Positions 1-14,494 of a stretch of DNA of 64,000 nucleotides are shown piece after piece (within the stretch, counting starts at the first letter, position 1; the number at the start of each line of letters is the position of its first letter). The stretch covers positions 11,718,001-11,782,000 of the forward strand of contig NC_087252.1 in NCBI RefSeq assembly GCF_037042905.1, given 5' to 3'. The DNA is from Lytechinus pictus. Lineage: Eukaryota. The notes under the pieces are model-generated. The model was not told where the DNA came from, ran no database searches, and saw only the letters and a program-made list of their open reading frames with translations. The translations under genes were made by a program, and so were the position numbers.

Positions 1-861
1 TGTCAGTATCATCCACTGCCAAATTCCTGATTGTCAAGTTAAAATGTTGACGTTCTATCGTAAATATGAACTTTGAGGGATTAGAATTCCTTCGTTCACA
101 ATCCGGCACACTGCTAGAGCATTCGACAGAAACCAGTGTTCCTATATCTTCTCTCCTCCATGCGATTCGGAAGCGGCTGAGCTGGTACGAGTAGACACAA
201 GAAAGTTGAATATTATCTCCGATGGTAGGGATGTCATCGTTGGCGATCGAGGCGTTGAATTCCCCGAAGCTACCTGCCAAAGGATAATACTGGTTTTCAA
301 CAATTCACACGATTATTAGAAAAATTGATACCTCAGATGCCTACACGTAAATTTAATGGTGAGTCACATTTTCTCCGTTTAAACACTCTGGCTCAAAATG
401 TGTCATTTGGACCCAGTTTTGAGTGTGACTCACTTTTTATTCATACTTGGAAATAGTTACGGCTTACTTTTTAAACTATTTGACGATTGATTTATTTTGT
501 CATTTCGAATCTATTGATATAGGCCTTCATATGTATTTATCTGTCAAACAAGTGCACACATAGTTACCTAAAATGCATATAACATTTCCGGTTAAATGAA
601 TGCAGTATTAAAGAGAGCTGACGCCTTGTTCACGGGCATTTGACAATGGCCGGGGAGAAACCGACTTTCGCGCGTCGAATGAGGCGCCTTAAGCCACTCA
701 CCAAAGACATACTACATACTAGCACACATATCTTCACGCACCGATGCCTCTACGTACAGACCTACAAGGTAATACTAGATTGAAAGTAAATAATCAATCT
801 ACCTACCATTACAATACACCAAAATTGAGAAGAGGAATCCTTTCAAAGTACCGAATATCAT
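1..861 (-). CDS. IgSF cassette V9: leader exon plus V-set exon (runs off window edge)
   Basis: Leader 861-807 (MIFGTLKGFLFSILVYCN-G, donor gtaggt). V exon starts at 273 after ttggcag and reads GSFGEFNASIANDDIPTIGDNIQLSCVYSYQLSRFRIAWRRED...ECSSSVPDCER...FNLTIRNLAVDDTD, open to position 1. Not in the ORF track; translated by hand. Confidence 0.85.
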
Positions 862-1786
862 TATTGGAAATGATTGTGACCTCTTTACTTGACAGTGCTT
901 GAAGAAAATGTATGATCCTAGCTCACTAGAAATCGAAACAGATACACAATGACTTCTGAATACCATGACAAAATAACATCGCGATCCCCTTGTTTAACCG
1001 GAAAGCATCGAGGCATGAAACTAAAACAATATCTTGATACTTGTCACTTCAAAAGAGGGATGCGATTCGTGCCATGACAATATAGGGCGCCACTATGCTT
1101 TCAAACCAAATGCTGTTTACAATGACTTAAAACCCTAATGTTTTAGAGTATTTTCAAACAAGAACTATAAAGGTAACGGATGATTTTTTTTTCTCATGCG
1201 ATCGTTAATTTCGTGTAGACCGTATCAATGGTTACCCGACAAGATGACTTCATTGATTGCATTTTGCGCGAAAGCTGCAGTTCAAGCTCTAGTCAATATA
1301 AAAATCGTACGAAACAAGGTAAAAAAAACAAAACTGATGAATAAAATATATTTGATACTCAATTTATATTTACATATTGTAGGGTAGTTTAAAATAATAG
1401 CCATCTGAAAGAAAGCAAAAATATACTGGGAGCAGTTTTCATAAATGCCATTATTCTAGGAATGCTATATACATGTACTTCGTATCACTATGTCCACACT
1501 TTCAGTTACTTCGTCCCTATTTAGTCTTAGTACCTGCCATGATGATAGGGGGCGGCTCTACCATTTGATATAATATTGTCCAATTTTCTACGACACCTAG
1601 CTCTAAATTATTTTGAGTAGGCCTATCCTTTAGAAAAATGTATATCAAAATCTCGCTGTCTTTTCATCCGGATATTGAGGATATTTTTCATCACATGTTC
1701 GATTTATTATGATGTTTCTATTTTGACTAGACCATGGACCTACTAGTAGATCCATGACTAGACAGACAACTATATTGCTCCTTTAC

Positions 1787-2087
1787 CTTTCCGAAATAAA
1801 TATGCAGATGGATAATGTTGCTTGGAGCACAATTTCAGTCCCCGATGGAAAAGGGGTGATGGTTGCTACCCTGTGAGATACGTAGCTTTGGCCTTCAACA
1901 ACATTGATTTGATCCATGACCTGGATACGTTCAACACCGGTATTCCATTCAATACGAGCCGGTGGACGTGCCCCTTGTACAGTGCATGTTACATCATGTG
2001 GGTCACCCGTTGTCATGGTAATGTAAGAGTTTTCATGGTATCCTCCATGAGACTGAATATCGCTGATGATTACGTCACTAGGTGGAG
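1787..2087 (-). pseudogene. Defective C2-set exon of cassette V8
   Basis: APPSDV...VTCTVQGARPPARIEW...ITP is homologous to the paralogous first C2 exons, but the D-x-G-K-x-L-x-C strand with the second Cys is deleted. Acceptor-to-donor length is 301 nt, not a multiple of 3. Confidence 0.75.
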
Positions 2088-2328
2088 CTTTAAAAATTAG
2101 AATTAGTGAAAAGAAGTACACCCGGTTAGTGTTGTATCAACTTATATCCTGGGACAGGTTATCAGAATCTGACAACTTACCTTCATTGTAAATATTATAA
2201 ATTGAAAGTAGAAAAAAATCAATTGAACTATGATTGGCGAAGTAGTAGTTGTCTGACTGTGGTAAATATCGGATCAAATTCCTTCTTGGTCTTTAATGAA
2301 ATTCTTTCGAGGGATTGTAGCACATTTA

Positions 2329-2639
2329 CCCGTATTCTGAAGTCAGGTTTAACTTAGACCATGGTCTAACTCTTTGCTAAAATTATGGGAAGCCAAAGGT
2401 TTCAAAATTTTGTTTGCAGTGGATGCTTTTCATGTTTACTGTGCTCTTTACGATTTTTTTTCAATGGCGAAGAAAACTGTCATACTTATCCTTCCCAGGC
2501 ATTTAATAATGTTTAAGGAGTCAAGTGAGCTGATACATTGAACCTCTACTGTTATAGATTTATGTAATAACTTACTTTCCATAGTTAAACCACAACTCAA
2601 ACCAGAGTTCAAATTAAATCCGACCTCAGAATACGGGCC
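2329..2639. mobile_element. MITE, PIF/Harbinger-like
   Basis: Imperfect terminal inverted repeats: cccgtattctgaagtcaggtttaa ... ttaaatccgacctcagaatacggg. No coding capacity. Confidence 0.6.
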
Positions 2640-3131
2640 ATTATGTTTATCCTGGATTGTAAATCTTGAACAAGAATTATGATAAAGAGTGGCTGCCCAG
2701 GATGCAGTAGACGATATTTCATCTCCTGCTTGTTCCATTACTTTTTCCCGACTTATTTTTAGATCGAACATGAAATCTTATTTACCGGGTCGAAGATAAT
2801 AATGTGATAAATAAAAAAGCATTAAAACGCATGCAACAAATATTGTTATTTGCTATTGTTTTTTGACGATTGATGAACTGAATATAATCTGCAATAGACC
2901 AGTTGGACACAAAAGAGTGGCTAAAAATGTTACGAAATTTGTTTTCATGCGTTTCCCGGCATCCCCGGACAGCATCGGAACCTCTCGACTCTGAACGTTT
3001 TTCGGCATCCTTGCATTACATAAATGATTTATGGAATTGGCATTCTTTACCAGGAAAAGGTTACACACAGTCTTTATTTCACGGCAATAATGAGGTTCAG
3101 GAAGTCTGAAATAACAAAATATATATCTTAC

Positions 3132-4214
3132 CTGGATGTAATACTTCTAATGCCAAAGTCGATGATTTGCGTCCATTTTGATTCAGTACAATACATGTAT
3201 AATTTCCACTATCGTCAGTATTCAGATTGTTTATTGTGATAGACGAGTTGCTGTTATCACCTATCAACTTGAACCTTAGTTGATTTAAAATTGAATATTG
3301 AATTGTTTTGGTTTCCTGATCAAAAGTAGCAATGACGTTTCCTTGGTCACGCGACAATTTTACCACGCTACCTGGTAATGGAGGCCAATAGCTGCACGTC
3401 ATTGTGAAATCCTCCCCCATGATGGGTAAGTTAACCGGTGGTTCTAGTGCCACTGTAAATTCCGCCAAGCAATCTAGAGAGATCAAAATGAAATGAAAAT
3501 ATCAGAAAGTAAAAAATTTCTACTATCACTTCTCCACTTATCACAAAAGTATTTTACTGCCCATTCTACTACTTCTTCTGCAGTCTCTTTTTAAAACGCT
3601 GATAATATGATATACTAGTAAAAAAAAAAAAGAATTGTGACAAAAATGAATTCGATGATTTTTTTTCTCTCTCTATATATTGAGTGCTTCTGGAGCCCTT
3701 GGTACGAAAGTTCGTCATTGGAGCTTTTTGTAAATAGATTTTTATAGTATTGATAGCACACTTTGCTCCATTGCATTGTAATTTATGACGCACCATACTG
3801 ATAACATGCCAATTTATTATACAAAACACATTGTGACACTGTAGCAAATTGAACACAAAATATAATCGCGGTTACACAAAAGTGGGATAATTGAATTAAA
3901 TTTTTTTTTTGGAAATTCTGTGATTTTGGCTTCACTTTGATTACTTTTATACATTTTTTTAGTAATTTCTTTTGTTCTTTCCTGGAAAAACGGATTGTGG
4001 CTCCATCTTTTGTTTGTGGTAAAAATATACTCCTCGATAAAATAATAACATTGTAAAAACATAAGTACGGAAAAAAAAAATAGAGGAGCTATAAGATATG
4101 CCCTTAATATTATTATGGAAGCTGTGAATGAAAAAAAAATCGTTTGAAATAATTTTTGCACTTACCTTCGCCAAATAATAACAATAAGACCAAGTAAAGA
4201 TAACGAGAGGCCAT
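3132..4214 (-). CDS. IgSF cassette V8: leader exon plus V-set exon
   Basis: Leader 4214-4166 (MASRYLYLVLLLLFGE-G, gtaag). V exon 3473-3132 (342 nt, ag/gt, phase 1/1) with PIMGEDFTMTC...DDSGNYTC motifs; the C-strand Trp appears to be replaced. Confidence 0.85.
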
Positions 4215-6097
4215 TTTCTGGGAGTAACATGTGAAGTTGAAGTGACTATCGGTTAAAAAGTTTCGACTTGACGAAATGGGCGTTACTAAAATTAGAATTC
4301 CAAAGACAATGGATAAACAAAATTGGTACCCGACGTATTCCGATTCCGACGAATGTGCCTATGCAATACAAATAATAATGATCGTTTAAATATATCATTC
4401 CTCAGAATTGAAAGGCCACATATTCATGTAAAATGTAATGTTTGTTTCTCAACGACAGAGTGTGCTGTTTAATAAAAGCACAGCTGGTTTCATAAGTTCT
4501 GTTTGATAATTCATGTGTTTAGTTTTATCATGGACATTTACATGTAGTCCTTAGTTTTATTGCGAAGGCTTGTGAAGGCAAACAATAATTGTCCCAAAAT
4601 GTCTAACACGAGGAGAACATTGATTAATAAATACTTTTCGAATCAATAATATATAACTCAGTTATCAAAGTCGATATGTGTTTACATGAATAGAGTATTT
4701 TCCCTGGGAAGCGGGGTAGTCGGGCTGCTGAAGCACCCCTAATATTTTTCGTGGGGGTGTTGCGTGTGCTATTCTCCATAACTTTGCTTGCTTGTCAAAT
4801 TTCTCGCGACAAAATGACCTTCATTTTGTAGTGTAAGGTTTTGAGCTTGCCAAAGGTAAATTAGGACCCCCTGTAAAAAAGAAATAATTCCCAGGGTCCT
4901 GGTAAAGGTCTACCAACATACAACACTAAGGACTCAAATCTTTAAAACGTGTTAGACTGTTGGATAATTATTTAGTGGATATTAAGTACTCGAAAATTTA
5001 ATAATATCGGTCACTTAATCTTAAAGGAAGCCTGAAAAGGTATGATACCTTGAAATAATGTTACTGTAATTAATTGCTCTTACTAATAATATCGAAGGAA
5101 TATTTGTTTTGGTTCAAGTTGGCCAAACCACAAATTTAAAAAAAGCTTCCAATTGACAATGAAAAGGACTGCTTGGGTAATAGAATGATTGTGGTATTCC
5201 TATTGGGATCAGTTGACAATATACGAATTCTTTGAATCTGAAAACAAGGAACAAGTCGTTTACACTCGGGAAACGAAGCAGCACCGTGACGAATTTTCAA
5301 TAACCAAACTAAAATTGTCGAAAGTGCAGTCCTTGTGGGGCCAGTTGCATGAAAGTTAATATTAGTGTTATTTTTGCAATTTAATGGTAACTCCCAATGT
5401 TGAAATAAATGATTCAATTACAAGACGATGACAATATTATTGTAACGCTAGTCAGCTCTAGAGGAGCCGACGGATTTGGATATCATTGTAGGCAATTCTA
5501 ATCACGACGTAAGTTTTCCTCCAATATAAACAGGTAGAAGTGTTTCGAAATTCATCGTGTAACTAATCTGTAAAAAATTATATGTATCAGCCATGCCCAT
5601 ATGAAGCGAAAGCAACTTGCACTAATCAACTTTGTTCATGGTTAGTCGGTCCCTGGTGGTCGTATTTAATTTTGTAAAACGATATTTGATCCGGCAGCAA
5701 GTGCTCCGGGTATTATTTCTTCTAAGATATTGAGTTATTAGTAGGCACATGCGGATGGGGGGGGGGGGGGGTGGAGGGGAGGGGTGTGGTGCACAACCGG
5801 TCCGTGCCCCTTTTAGACTCACAATATATTTTTAATGTAAATATGCCGTACTAACGCTACCGTGCCCCCCCTTTTGAAAGTGAGGTCCTTCTTTGCCTGT
5901 CAAATTGTTTCGCGCACGAAATGAATTTAAAATTTGGGTAAACACCTTTTTTTTTAGCTTGTCAAATTGTCTTGTTAGGTTTAGGGTTCGGTTTAGGATA
6001 GGGTATTTGTAAAATCCAGGCTTGATGTTGGTCATTTAATAGGTGTGTAGAATTAACAGCAGAATAATTGTCGCTAGAGCAAATTTCATGGAACTTT

Positions 6098-9029
6098 TTA
6101 TTCGTCTAGTTCAGACGATGTCTCTGTAAAGTTGGTGACAACACCACACTCTCCCTTCTTTACTAGTGTATTGTTTGGACAGTATTCCAGATTGAACGTC
6201 TGTTGAAACCCGCCATCGAACCCTGGTTGCCAGGAAACGAAGAGAGTTGAAGATGTCGTCTGGTTTTGAACGATAAAGAGCAGGGGAAGTCGATCTGAGA
6301 TATCTATAATGTACAAAGGGGGGGGGGGGTAATTGATAACTATGTAATTAGATATCACAATTGCCTTTTATTTTTTAAGTAAATATATATTTAAAAAATT
6401 GCTGAGGGAACATTGTGGGTGACAAGGCAACGACACAAATTAAAGAGGTGATACACTAATGAGTGGATACTCACAAGAAAAGTTCAAAGTCGCAGTGGCA
6501 TTACCAAGAACGGTAATCACGTGACATTCGTATTTCCCAGAATGCATTCGTTGCACATCATTGATGATAAGGCGACTAGTTGAAACTGTTTTCCTCTGAA
6601 CAATGTCAAGGACAACAAGCTGCCCTGTGCTGTTGACTATGATCAGCTGGTTGTGGTACCAATATAAGTTCAGGACCTTTGGATTTGCATCTGATGTACA
6701 TTCGAATTCGACACTAGTCAGGCTAGTCAAGCTGGAAACCGTCTCTTCGTTATCAAGGAGTCGAAGAGAAATGATGGGTAGGTCTGTGTTGTATACATAA
6801 AAGAGCGAGATAGAAACTAATGGCATATAAAACGTATGAGCTAAACATCACGATGTTTTTCAACATCAAAGTATGTCAGTCAAATCGGGTTAGCGAAGGA
6901 AGGAGTGTGATACTTCTAGATTGATGTGTTTCGAATTTATGGACAATTTTTAAGTTTTGATTGCCAAACTGTTGCACTTAGGTCTTTTAATCTATGACTC
7001 TGGGGGTTTTAAAGCCTAATTGAACGAATACATACTCGTATATTGCAGTAGATTATTATTTGCTGTGGAATAGAAACAATAGTATCAATTGTCAGGATAG
7101 TGAACAGGCTATTTCTCGCGTGTAACTTACAGAGAATGTCGAGGACCATGGTATCGTTCTGCGAAGACATAAGACGCGCCGTCGGTTGGACTACCTGGCA
7201 GATAAGACCTTTTCCGTGATCATATCTTGATGGTGTAAAAGTAAGAATACTGGTAGCCTTCCATCGTCCGTTCTCATCCATTTCCGTCTGGATAGATGAA
7301 TTCATCGTGAGGTTTGTTGATTCCACGTACCAATAGATGGCTGGTGATGGGTATCCATTGTTTGAAGTACAGTTTATTTTTGTTTCTTCACCAGCTCTCA
7401 GATTGTTGAGCATAATTTCTGGAGTGTCGGGTTGTTCTTCATGCGTTTGTACAAAAACAACAAAAACCCATCATACATTTCCAAAGTATTGGGGAAGCTT
7501 AAACATAAATTATTTAGAATTGGGGAACCGTGTATTGATTAATCTTTCAATAGAAACAATGCCTTTATAATCAACTAAGACTAAATTGTCACCATGACCA
7601 TACTTTTGGGGTCACCCTCATTTCAGAATTCACAAAGCATATCATTCGCATTACCTGACAGCGGAACCACTTCCGAACAACTCTCCGTGATGAAACCCAG
7701 ATCCGGCAAATGACAAATTGTTCCAGAGCCCCTGTGAGGCCAAGGCGTCCTCTGGAAAGATGTCTTCTAAATTTTATATTTAACATCCGTATGAGATGTC
7801 CCTTTACAGGCTAGTACTTACCGGGCATTATTTCTCTCAAATTCAAGGTATTTGACCGTGTGTTGTCCACAACGCATTGATAGTCTCCTCGGTCACTCAT
7901 ACTCCATTTGTTGATTGTCAATTCAGCGGATGATGCGTCCGTCTGCCATGTCATCTTTCCGGAATTTGAATTATAATTATTGCAATCTCCATCGTTGAAG
8001 CATATTTTAGATGCTAATCTTGTCACTTTGTCTTTTGTGATCAATACATCAGCATGCTGATTCGATGGCATAAAATTACAGAGGAGATGAATGTCTTCAC
8101 CAATACTCGGAATTAAAATGTCAGTCAATATATTAACACTGGTAACTGCGTAGCATACTGAAAAAAATATTACATGAACTAAATATATTAAACAATCCAA
8201 GTCATAAAGGATACTATGACTAAATTAGATGGGTTTGTAACATTGTAATCTCTACAATATTTCTTGCGAAAATGTTACCGAAAAGCAAAACGAAGCATTA
8301 TATCTGCTTATACTTTACAGGTTGATACAAGTTCAAGGAAATAATGTGCCGAATATTTTGATCGATAAAGTTGGGCTCAATAGTTAGTGAATTCCACCAA
8401 AAAAACCCACTCCTTCATTCTGAGTGTTGACTGTAGACAACAACACTACAATGTTCAGCGAACCAAGAAAAACAAAATTTATTAATTGTAATATTTCTTC
8501 ACCTGAATTCAAACGTAAATATCTAAAACATGACGGAGTTTAGAACACTTTAAATATTATTATTTTCCTGTGGGGCTCACTAACTTTTGACCACCACTGT
8601 ACGTTGGGAGTGGATAATTTTGTTCATGTTATGATTAAGATATTCTGTTTTTCTACTAGTAGTATACCTTAATTTCATTACGAATATATAATACACAATG
8701 CTACGCAACTGAGAGGGAAAATTACAATTGCCAACGGAGAATCAGAGCGCTGGTGCTAAATTCAAACCAGTTAACTGAACTAGACATAATGAATATCTTT
8801 GTAGAAAAGACAAAGCCTGCCATAAATATTTTTATGTATTCCTTAAGGTAACATTATACACAATATGCCCATTCATGTGTATCAGTTAAAATCTAGCTGC
8901 CTGACATCACAAACCGATGAATAAGCAGGATGAAAGTTCAACTCTTTAAAATATTCAAAAGTCATTTACTTTCAGCTTACCTTCTTTCCTTAACAGAAGA
9001 CCAAACCATATCAAAATTACAGCTGCCAT
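6098..9029 (-). CDS. IgSF cassette V7: leader-V-C2-I-(truncated FN3), nephrin-like domains
   Basis: Leader 9029-8981 (MAAVILIWFGLLLRKE-G). V 8157-7822. C2 7436-7131 (CTSNNGYPSPAIYW...DHGKGLIC). I-set 6783-6475. FN3 from 6303 (VSWQPGFDGGFQQTF) ends prematurely at TAA 6098, about 30 aa short of the intact copy at 62 kb. Confidence 0.85.
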
Positions 9030-10611
9030 TTGTAGAAGAAAAATGTTATACGAAAACGGTTACAATCATCTTGCATCGAGTGCTTTTTATTTTAGTTCAA
9101 GAAGGAATGAACGATTAATTCACAGAGCAATCAAGGGCATGGCAGATGACGAGATTCTAAAAGTGGAATAAATTGAAGAAAAAAAATCCAAAATCGAAAG
9201 TAGGGAGAGAGAGATAGGTTTCACTTTATTCAATGTTAAACAAGACTTCATCTTGCTCTATTGTGAGACTGACACCTCTTGTCAGGCCTGCTTATGATGC
9301 GTTGTTTATAAACGGACACGCGCGGTTTAGATCTTAAGTACGGGGACAACAGAACGATGTGCGTTTAATAGAAAGTGCTTAGTGTGGGTTTAGAATATGG
9401 CGGCACGTGTCCAAATAAGAGTACAATTTCAAGACTACACATTTCTTTAATATAACGAGTGAATGGACATTTGTATTTTGCAGGATGATGGAAGCTCTAA
9501 ATTATCTTTCAATGATCCCATTTGGTCGATGGTATTCATCTTCCATACGAGGTTAATACATTGCTCTGAAATTTAACGTGCCGTAATCTGAAGTCAGAGA
9601 TGTTCTTAGGTCCATCTGATACGCTGGATGACAAACAAATTTTTGAGTTTGTCAACCCATTACCCCGGCATATATTGAAACTTATTCGTGCAATTCAGAT
9701 TTTATTAATTGCTTTGCATAAGCCCTAATATATAAGTGCTCAAACTTTCCGGTAAGCCCCCCCCCCACCCCCTCTTGTCACCATCCATCCAATATGCTTA
9801 TCCATTTCTTTTACGTCTCCTTTCCGAACTTATAATTCAATGGCCATTGAAGATAAGTGACAAGGATGGAATTTTAAGAGTTGTCTTTAATACAGATCTT
9901 GGGAATGCTTTTGAATTTATGGACCATTAGCAACTTTAACAGAATATCATTGCAACATGTTCAAGTAATTACAATATTGATATTATTTAAAAACAAAGCA
10001 AATGATACACTATGATAAAGGTTAAATTACATTTCAAATGAGCAATAAAGTCGGAAACATGAATACTGAAATTACCAATTGTGCTCAATAAGATAAAACA
10101 TTTCTATATATACTATAAAAATAGTATTATCTGTTTACGATCTTTCTTTTTAAATGAATAACATGTAGCTCACGAGTCGGTCCTCTTTGAGAGTGTGTTT
10201 TAAACATAATTAATTTCAGATAGCTTCCAGTAGTTTGCGAACTGTCAAATTAATTCATTTATTCGGTCAACCATTTCATCTTGCCATTTTCATATCGATA
10301 TTTGGAGCGGGAACGACAGAAGAAAAATTATAATACAGATAACGTGATGGTTTCCCGCGGTCAGAAAGGTGCAATTACGAAAATGCAACTCGTTCTCGTA
10401 CTACTAATGCAATGTTTAGGTCTCAAGGGAGACGTCTTTGATATTCATACTTTCACAAGGCATGACTTTATTCTGCATAGTTGGGGCAAACTATGGAGTT
10501 CTATAGGTACATATACAGTATGATTATCAGCTTTAAATGACGCTTTTAGATTGAAATTAATTTAATAGACAACGACAGGCAATCAAAGTATAATGTAAAT
10601 GAAAGATTTTA

Positions 10612-13600
10612 CTAGAATATGAGAAAAAAAAATAGAGTTTCAGAATCTTCCTCAAGCATCGTCTCAGCAAAACATGTATAGTAGCCATCGTCTTGTGCAG
10701 AAATGTTTGAAATGATCAGAACACTCAAAGTCAAGGTATCTTCTTCTGTAAGACCCTGATGAATCTGACGACGGGTGCTATTGTTGAGTTGCTTTCCATT
10801 ACAGAACCAGGTTATCGAGGCCACAGGTCTACTATCTGATGTACACGTGAGCAAGGCATCCACGCTATCTCCATCAACATGTACCCGGCGAACAGAATGA
10901 TCCACAATGACTGGGGAATCTAGATGAATATAATAAGAGTGGACAAATCTACATAAGAATAATTGAGACATTAAAAATACATGTTATTTCAAGTAAGCGC
11001 CAGACTAAACGAACCAGTATCTTTTTAAATAATGGTTGTTAATGAAAGAGTAATGAATGCCATCTGGTTATAGAGATGATATAAAGAGATAATAAAAGAA
11101 TAGGGATTCCAAGAAATGTTTTGGGGAAAACTGATCTGCTTGTAATACGCTTGAAGCGCTAATTGCTGCGAAATCAAAGATGGTCAATACTCTCGATCGT
11201 TACAAGAAACATATTATTACCCTTCGTCCGTTTGGAGCATGCTCAGAGTATTCATCAATTTTTGAGGACATGATGAATATCTTGTGAAAGTTCTCGTGAA
11301 ATCGAGTTAGAGATCTTAATGTTGCAATGCGTTAAGTTAGAAGACATCAAGAAATTCTTATGTTTTTTTACAGTTCGATAAAAATGAATAAATATAAAGG
11401 GCTTACAAAGAACACGAAGAATACTAATAACACTCCAAGCCTTTATCGATTGTCTATCCCGGTGAACACCTTGATGAACTTCGCAGACAAGTCGTGTTCC
11501 GTGTTCGTGTCTCGTTGGTGTTATTGTTAGCACACTTCTTGCATCAACCCGATGATTTCTGTTCATAGAAGATATGCTGTCTGAATCCTTAGTGATGTTC
11601 TTTGTGTCAAGAAACCACTGGAACGTTGGTGTAGGATAGCCATTGTTTGATGTGCAAGTTATATTTGATGATATTCCATCTAGGATTTCTTCTGTTCCAC
11701 TGAAGTAGGGAGGATCAGGCGGTCCTGAGAATTATCACATAAGCCTATATTAATTTGTAGCATGGTAGCTAATGACAATTCAATCTACCCGTAAGGAAGA
11801 CACAATCTACAGCTATCTCATTTCTAAATGGAAAATGATGTTGTTTTCAATCTCATGGGTAGATTTTAGACAAGGAAACGATTCTACTATCTCAATTGAT
11901 TTGTATCTGTGAGTTTTCATCATAATTTCGATGACCCGCTCTCTGTACAAAAAATTTATCCAAAGTAAGACTGTCGCCGTAAGTTCAGAGAAATTTCCTA
12001 TGTCATGCTGTGTTATACATGTAAATCGGACAAGACTTACTGATACAATAATTAATGTAGATGAACATTACAAATGAATTCCTTGAGATTTATTTATTAT
12101 ATGTACTACAAGGATTAATAATTTTCACTGATCTGATATCAAATTCAGGATGGGGCAGCGATCTGGTATTGATGCACTAAACGGAAATATGCTCACCATA
12201 AACCGTAATCTTCACTCCTACTTGACGTTGGCTAATGCCAGCGATGGCCATGCATCGAAGAACCTGTATGTGATGCCTCCTCTTCGGAATCAGCTCCAGA
12301 ATAGACTCAGTGTCATGCAGTCCATGTTCTACCTCGTTCTTGCTAAACCTTGATGTTGAATATCTAGTGTGATTGTTTGAACCAATGAACCAGTATATAA
12401 GAGCATGAGGGCGTGATCCTACACTTTTACAAGTGAATGATGTCGGCGAATCTTCAAAGACAACTGCACTTCTTGAGCCTTCTTTGCTGGTAGTTATTCC
12501 ATTAATTGCAGTTAGAATTAAATCAGTCGGCGATACTATAACATAAAAGAAACAAATTTATGACTTAAACATGACTGAAAAAAAGAGAAGAAACGGAAGG
12601 TATTTCTTGAAAAAGTGTTTTTATTTCATGAACTAAGTACAGATACACGTGATTTACCATTTTATTTGAAATTTACTAAGTGAATGCAAATGTTGCATAT
12701 TTGAATAAACATCTACAGAATCTTTATTAAAAGTACACATATATAGCCCAAATCATGCAACATATGACAAAAGGGTGTACACAACATATAGGGAGATCTA
12801 CGATATCAGTATGCCTACTTGCCTTGAACTTCTAGGATGATAGACAATTGTAGTTCATGGTCAAGCTCCTGATGCAAAGCCACACAACGTAATATCTTTC
12901 CGTCATCGTCTTTGGCTGGATTTAACACAACCTCTTTATAAGATGTGTAGACGTCACCGTGAAAGAAGTTGTACTGATCTTGCTGTTGAGCTTGCACTTC
13001 CTCAGGAACTTGCCATTCGAGTTCTGCAGGACGTCTAGCGCTTTGGATTGAGCATATCATGTAGTTGGTCCTCCCGTAGGTGATGGCTGCTGATGCTCCA
13101 TTCTTGTATTCGTGACTGGACCGATTAATGGTTATTGATAGCGATCTGGTTATGGCTTAAATGTAGAAAATGTATATCGCATTTATCTTTTTTTTATACA
13201 AAGTGCAATGGCTTTATATTTCTTTGTTGTATTTTTTCGTTATCACTATCTCTTGTTGTCATTTGATTCGTTACTATCTATATTTCCCATTTGTCCTTAT
13301 ATGCTGTTTTTTTTATCAGCGCACCGTTAGTAGCGCAAGTGGGCCATTATAGTTCCAGGAATAAAATTAACTTTCTCGTTTCTGGCTGCCAACCAATATG
13401 ATCCTTTGATGCTATAAAATGCATTTGTATAGTCTCTCTCATTTCAATTTTATCACTTGTATGAATTTAATTTGTATAAACATCCGTTCTCAAAAGTGCC
13501 AAATAATATTGTTAAGGAATAAAATGAAATAATACTAATGGCTATTACCTGGTAGTTGTATATTCAAATGAATTCGACTTAACCCTGTGTGGTAGTCTGT

Positions 13601-13951
13601 GATTACAAAACACTGATATACACCGCTGTCATTCGGTGTTAATGTCGTAATAGTAAGATTCCCGCTGGAAGAATCCGCTATCAAACTGTACTTGCTGTTG
13701 TCTAAAACCTCTTGCGTCTTGTGGCATCCATACCCCTGACATTGTCTATCAGTAGCCAGAATATCTCCATTCCCGTTTTTCCAATTCAGTATTCGAGTTT
13801 GGTATGAAGGCTCGTATGTGCAGACAAGTGTAACATCCTCCCCAATGACTGGATCGACTTGCCAGTTCTGAATACGAGTCGATACACTAACTTCATATGT
13901 CTTATGAAAAGAGACAGTAAAGAACAGCAATATGCAAAGACAGCAATCCAT
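10612..13951 (-). CDS. IgSF cassette V6: fused leader/V exon plus three C2 exons plus I-set
   Basis: Leader+V 13951-13549 (MDCCLCILLFFTVS...DSGVYQC). C2 13155-12823 (GC donor gcaagt). C2 12535-12197. C2 11724-11407. I-set 10919-10613 with a +1 T in a 9-T run that puts TAG in frame just before the donor. No FN3 or TM exon follows. Confidence 0.85.
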
Positions 13952-14365
13952 ACTGTTATTCCTTCTCACAGTCCTGTGAACCGAGAAGTAGAACAGTAGT
14001 CATCATGCCAATCGCCAGGGAATCTAAACAGAAAATGAGTGACAGAGTATAAAGTAGACGGTTTACAATCATGGTAAAATAAGAGATTACAACAATACTC
14101 ATAATCTCCATTTATCATTCACCTAAGAAATGAAAACGAAAGTCTGTGATTTCTCTTAAGGACATAAGTGGATTGAATTGTTATGGGGTCGTTTACAAAT
14201 GACTCAGAGTGCGCGTCCTGCACAATTTTTTTGCAGGAGTTTCTGCATTTTATTCATAAATCAATAACAAATGAAAAAAAACTTGATACAATAACAATGA
14301 CATAAATGAATACATTTTTGTGTGACAATCGAAAATATAAATAATGTATAAGACTGAAATCTACA

Positions 14366-14494
14366 TGGAGCATGATCTCGGGAAACCTGTAAAATTAATC
14401 GTGCTGCCCAATTTTGTAGTCGTTGAATACGGATTAATTGATTAGAGGGAATTGTAGAAAGGAGCCCATTGCAATAATCGATACGAGACAGAAC
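14366..14494 (-). mobile_element. LINE (CR1/L2 group) reverse transcriptase C-terminal fragment
   Basis: VLSRIDYCNGLL...IQRLQNWAARLI is the typical L2/CR1-group post-RT motif. Confidence 0.75.

Noticed and set aside
10612-10635. Frameshift at the end of the V6 I-set exon as firm evidence of decay
   Set aside because: It is a single extra T in a 9-T homopolymer and may be a sequencing error, so I did not count it among the four decisive lesions.
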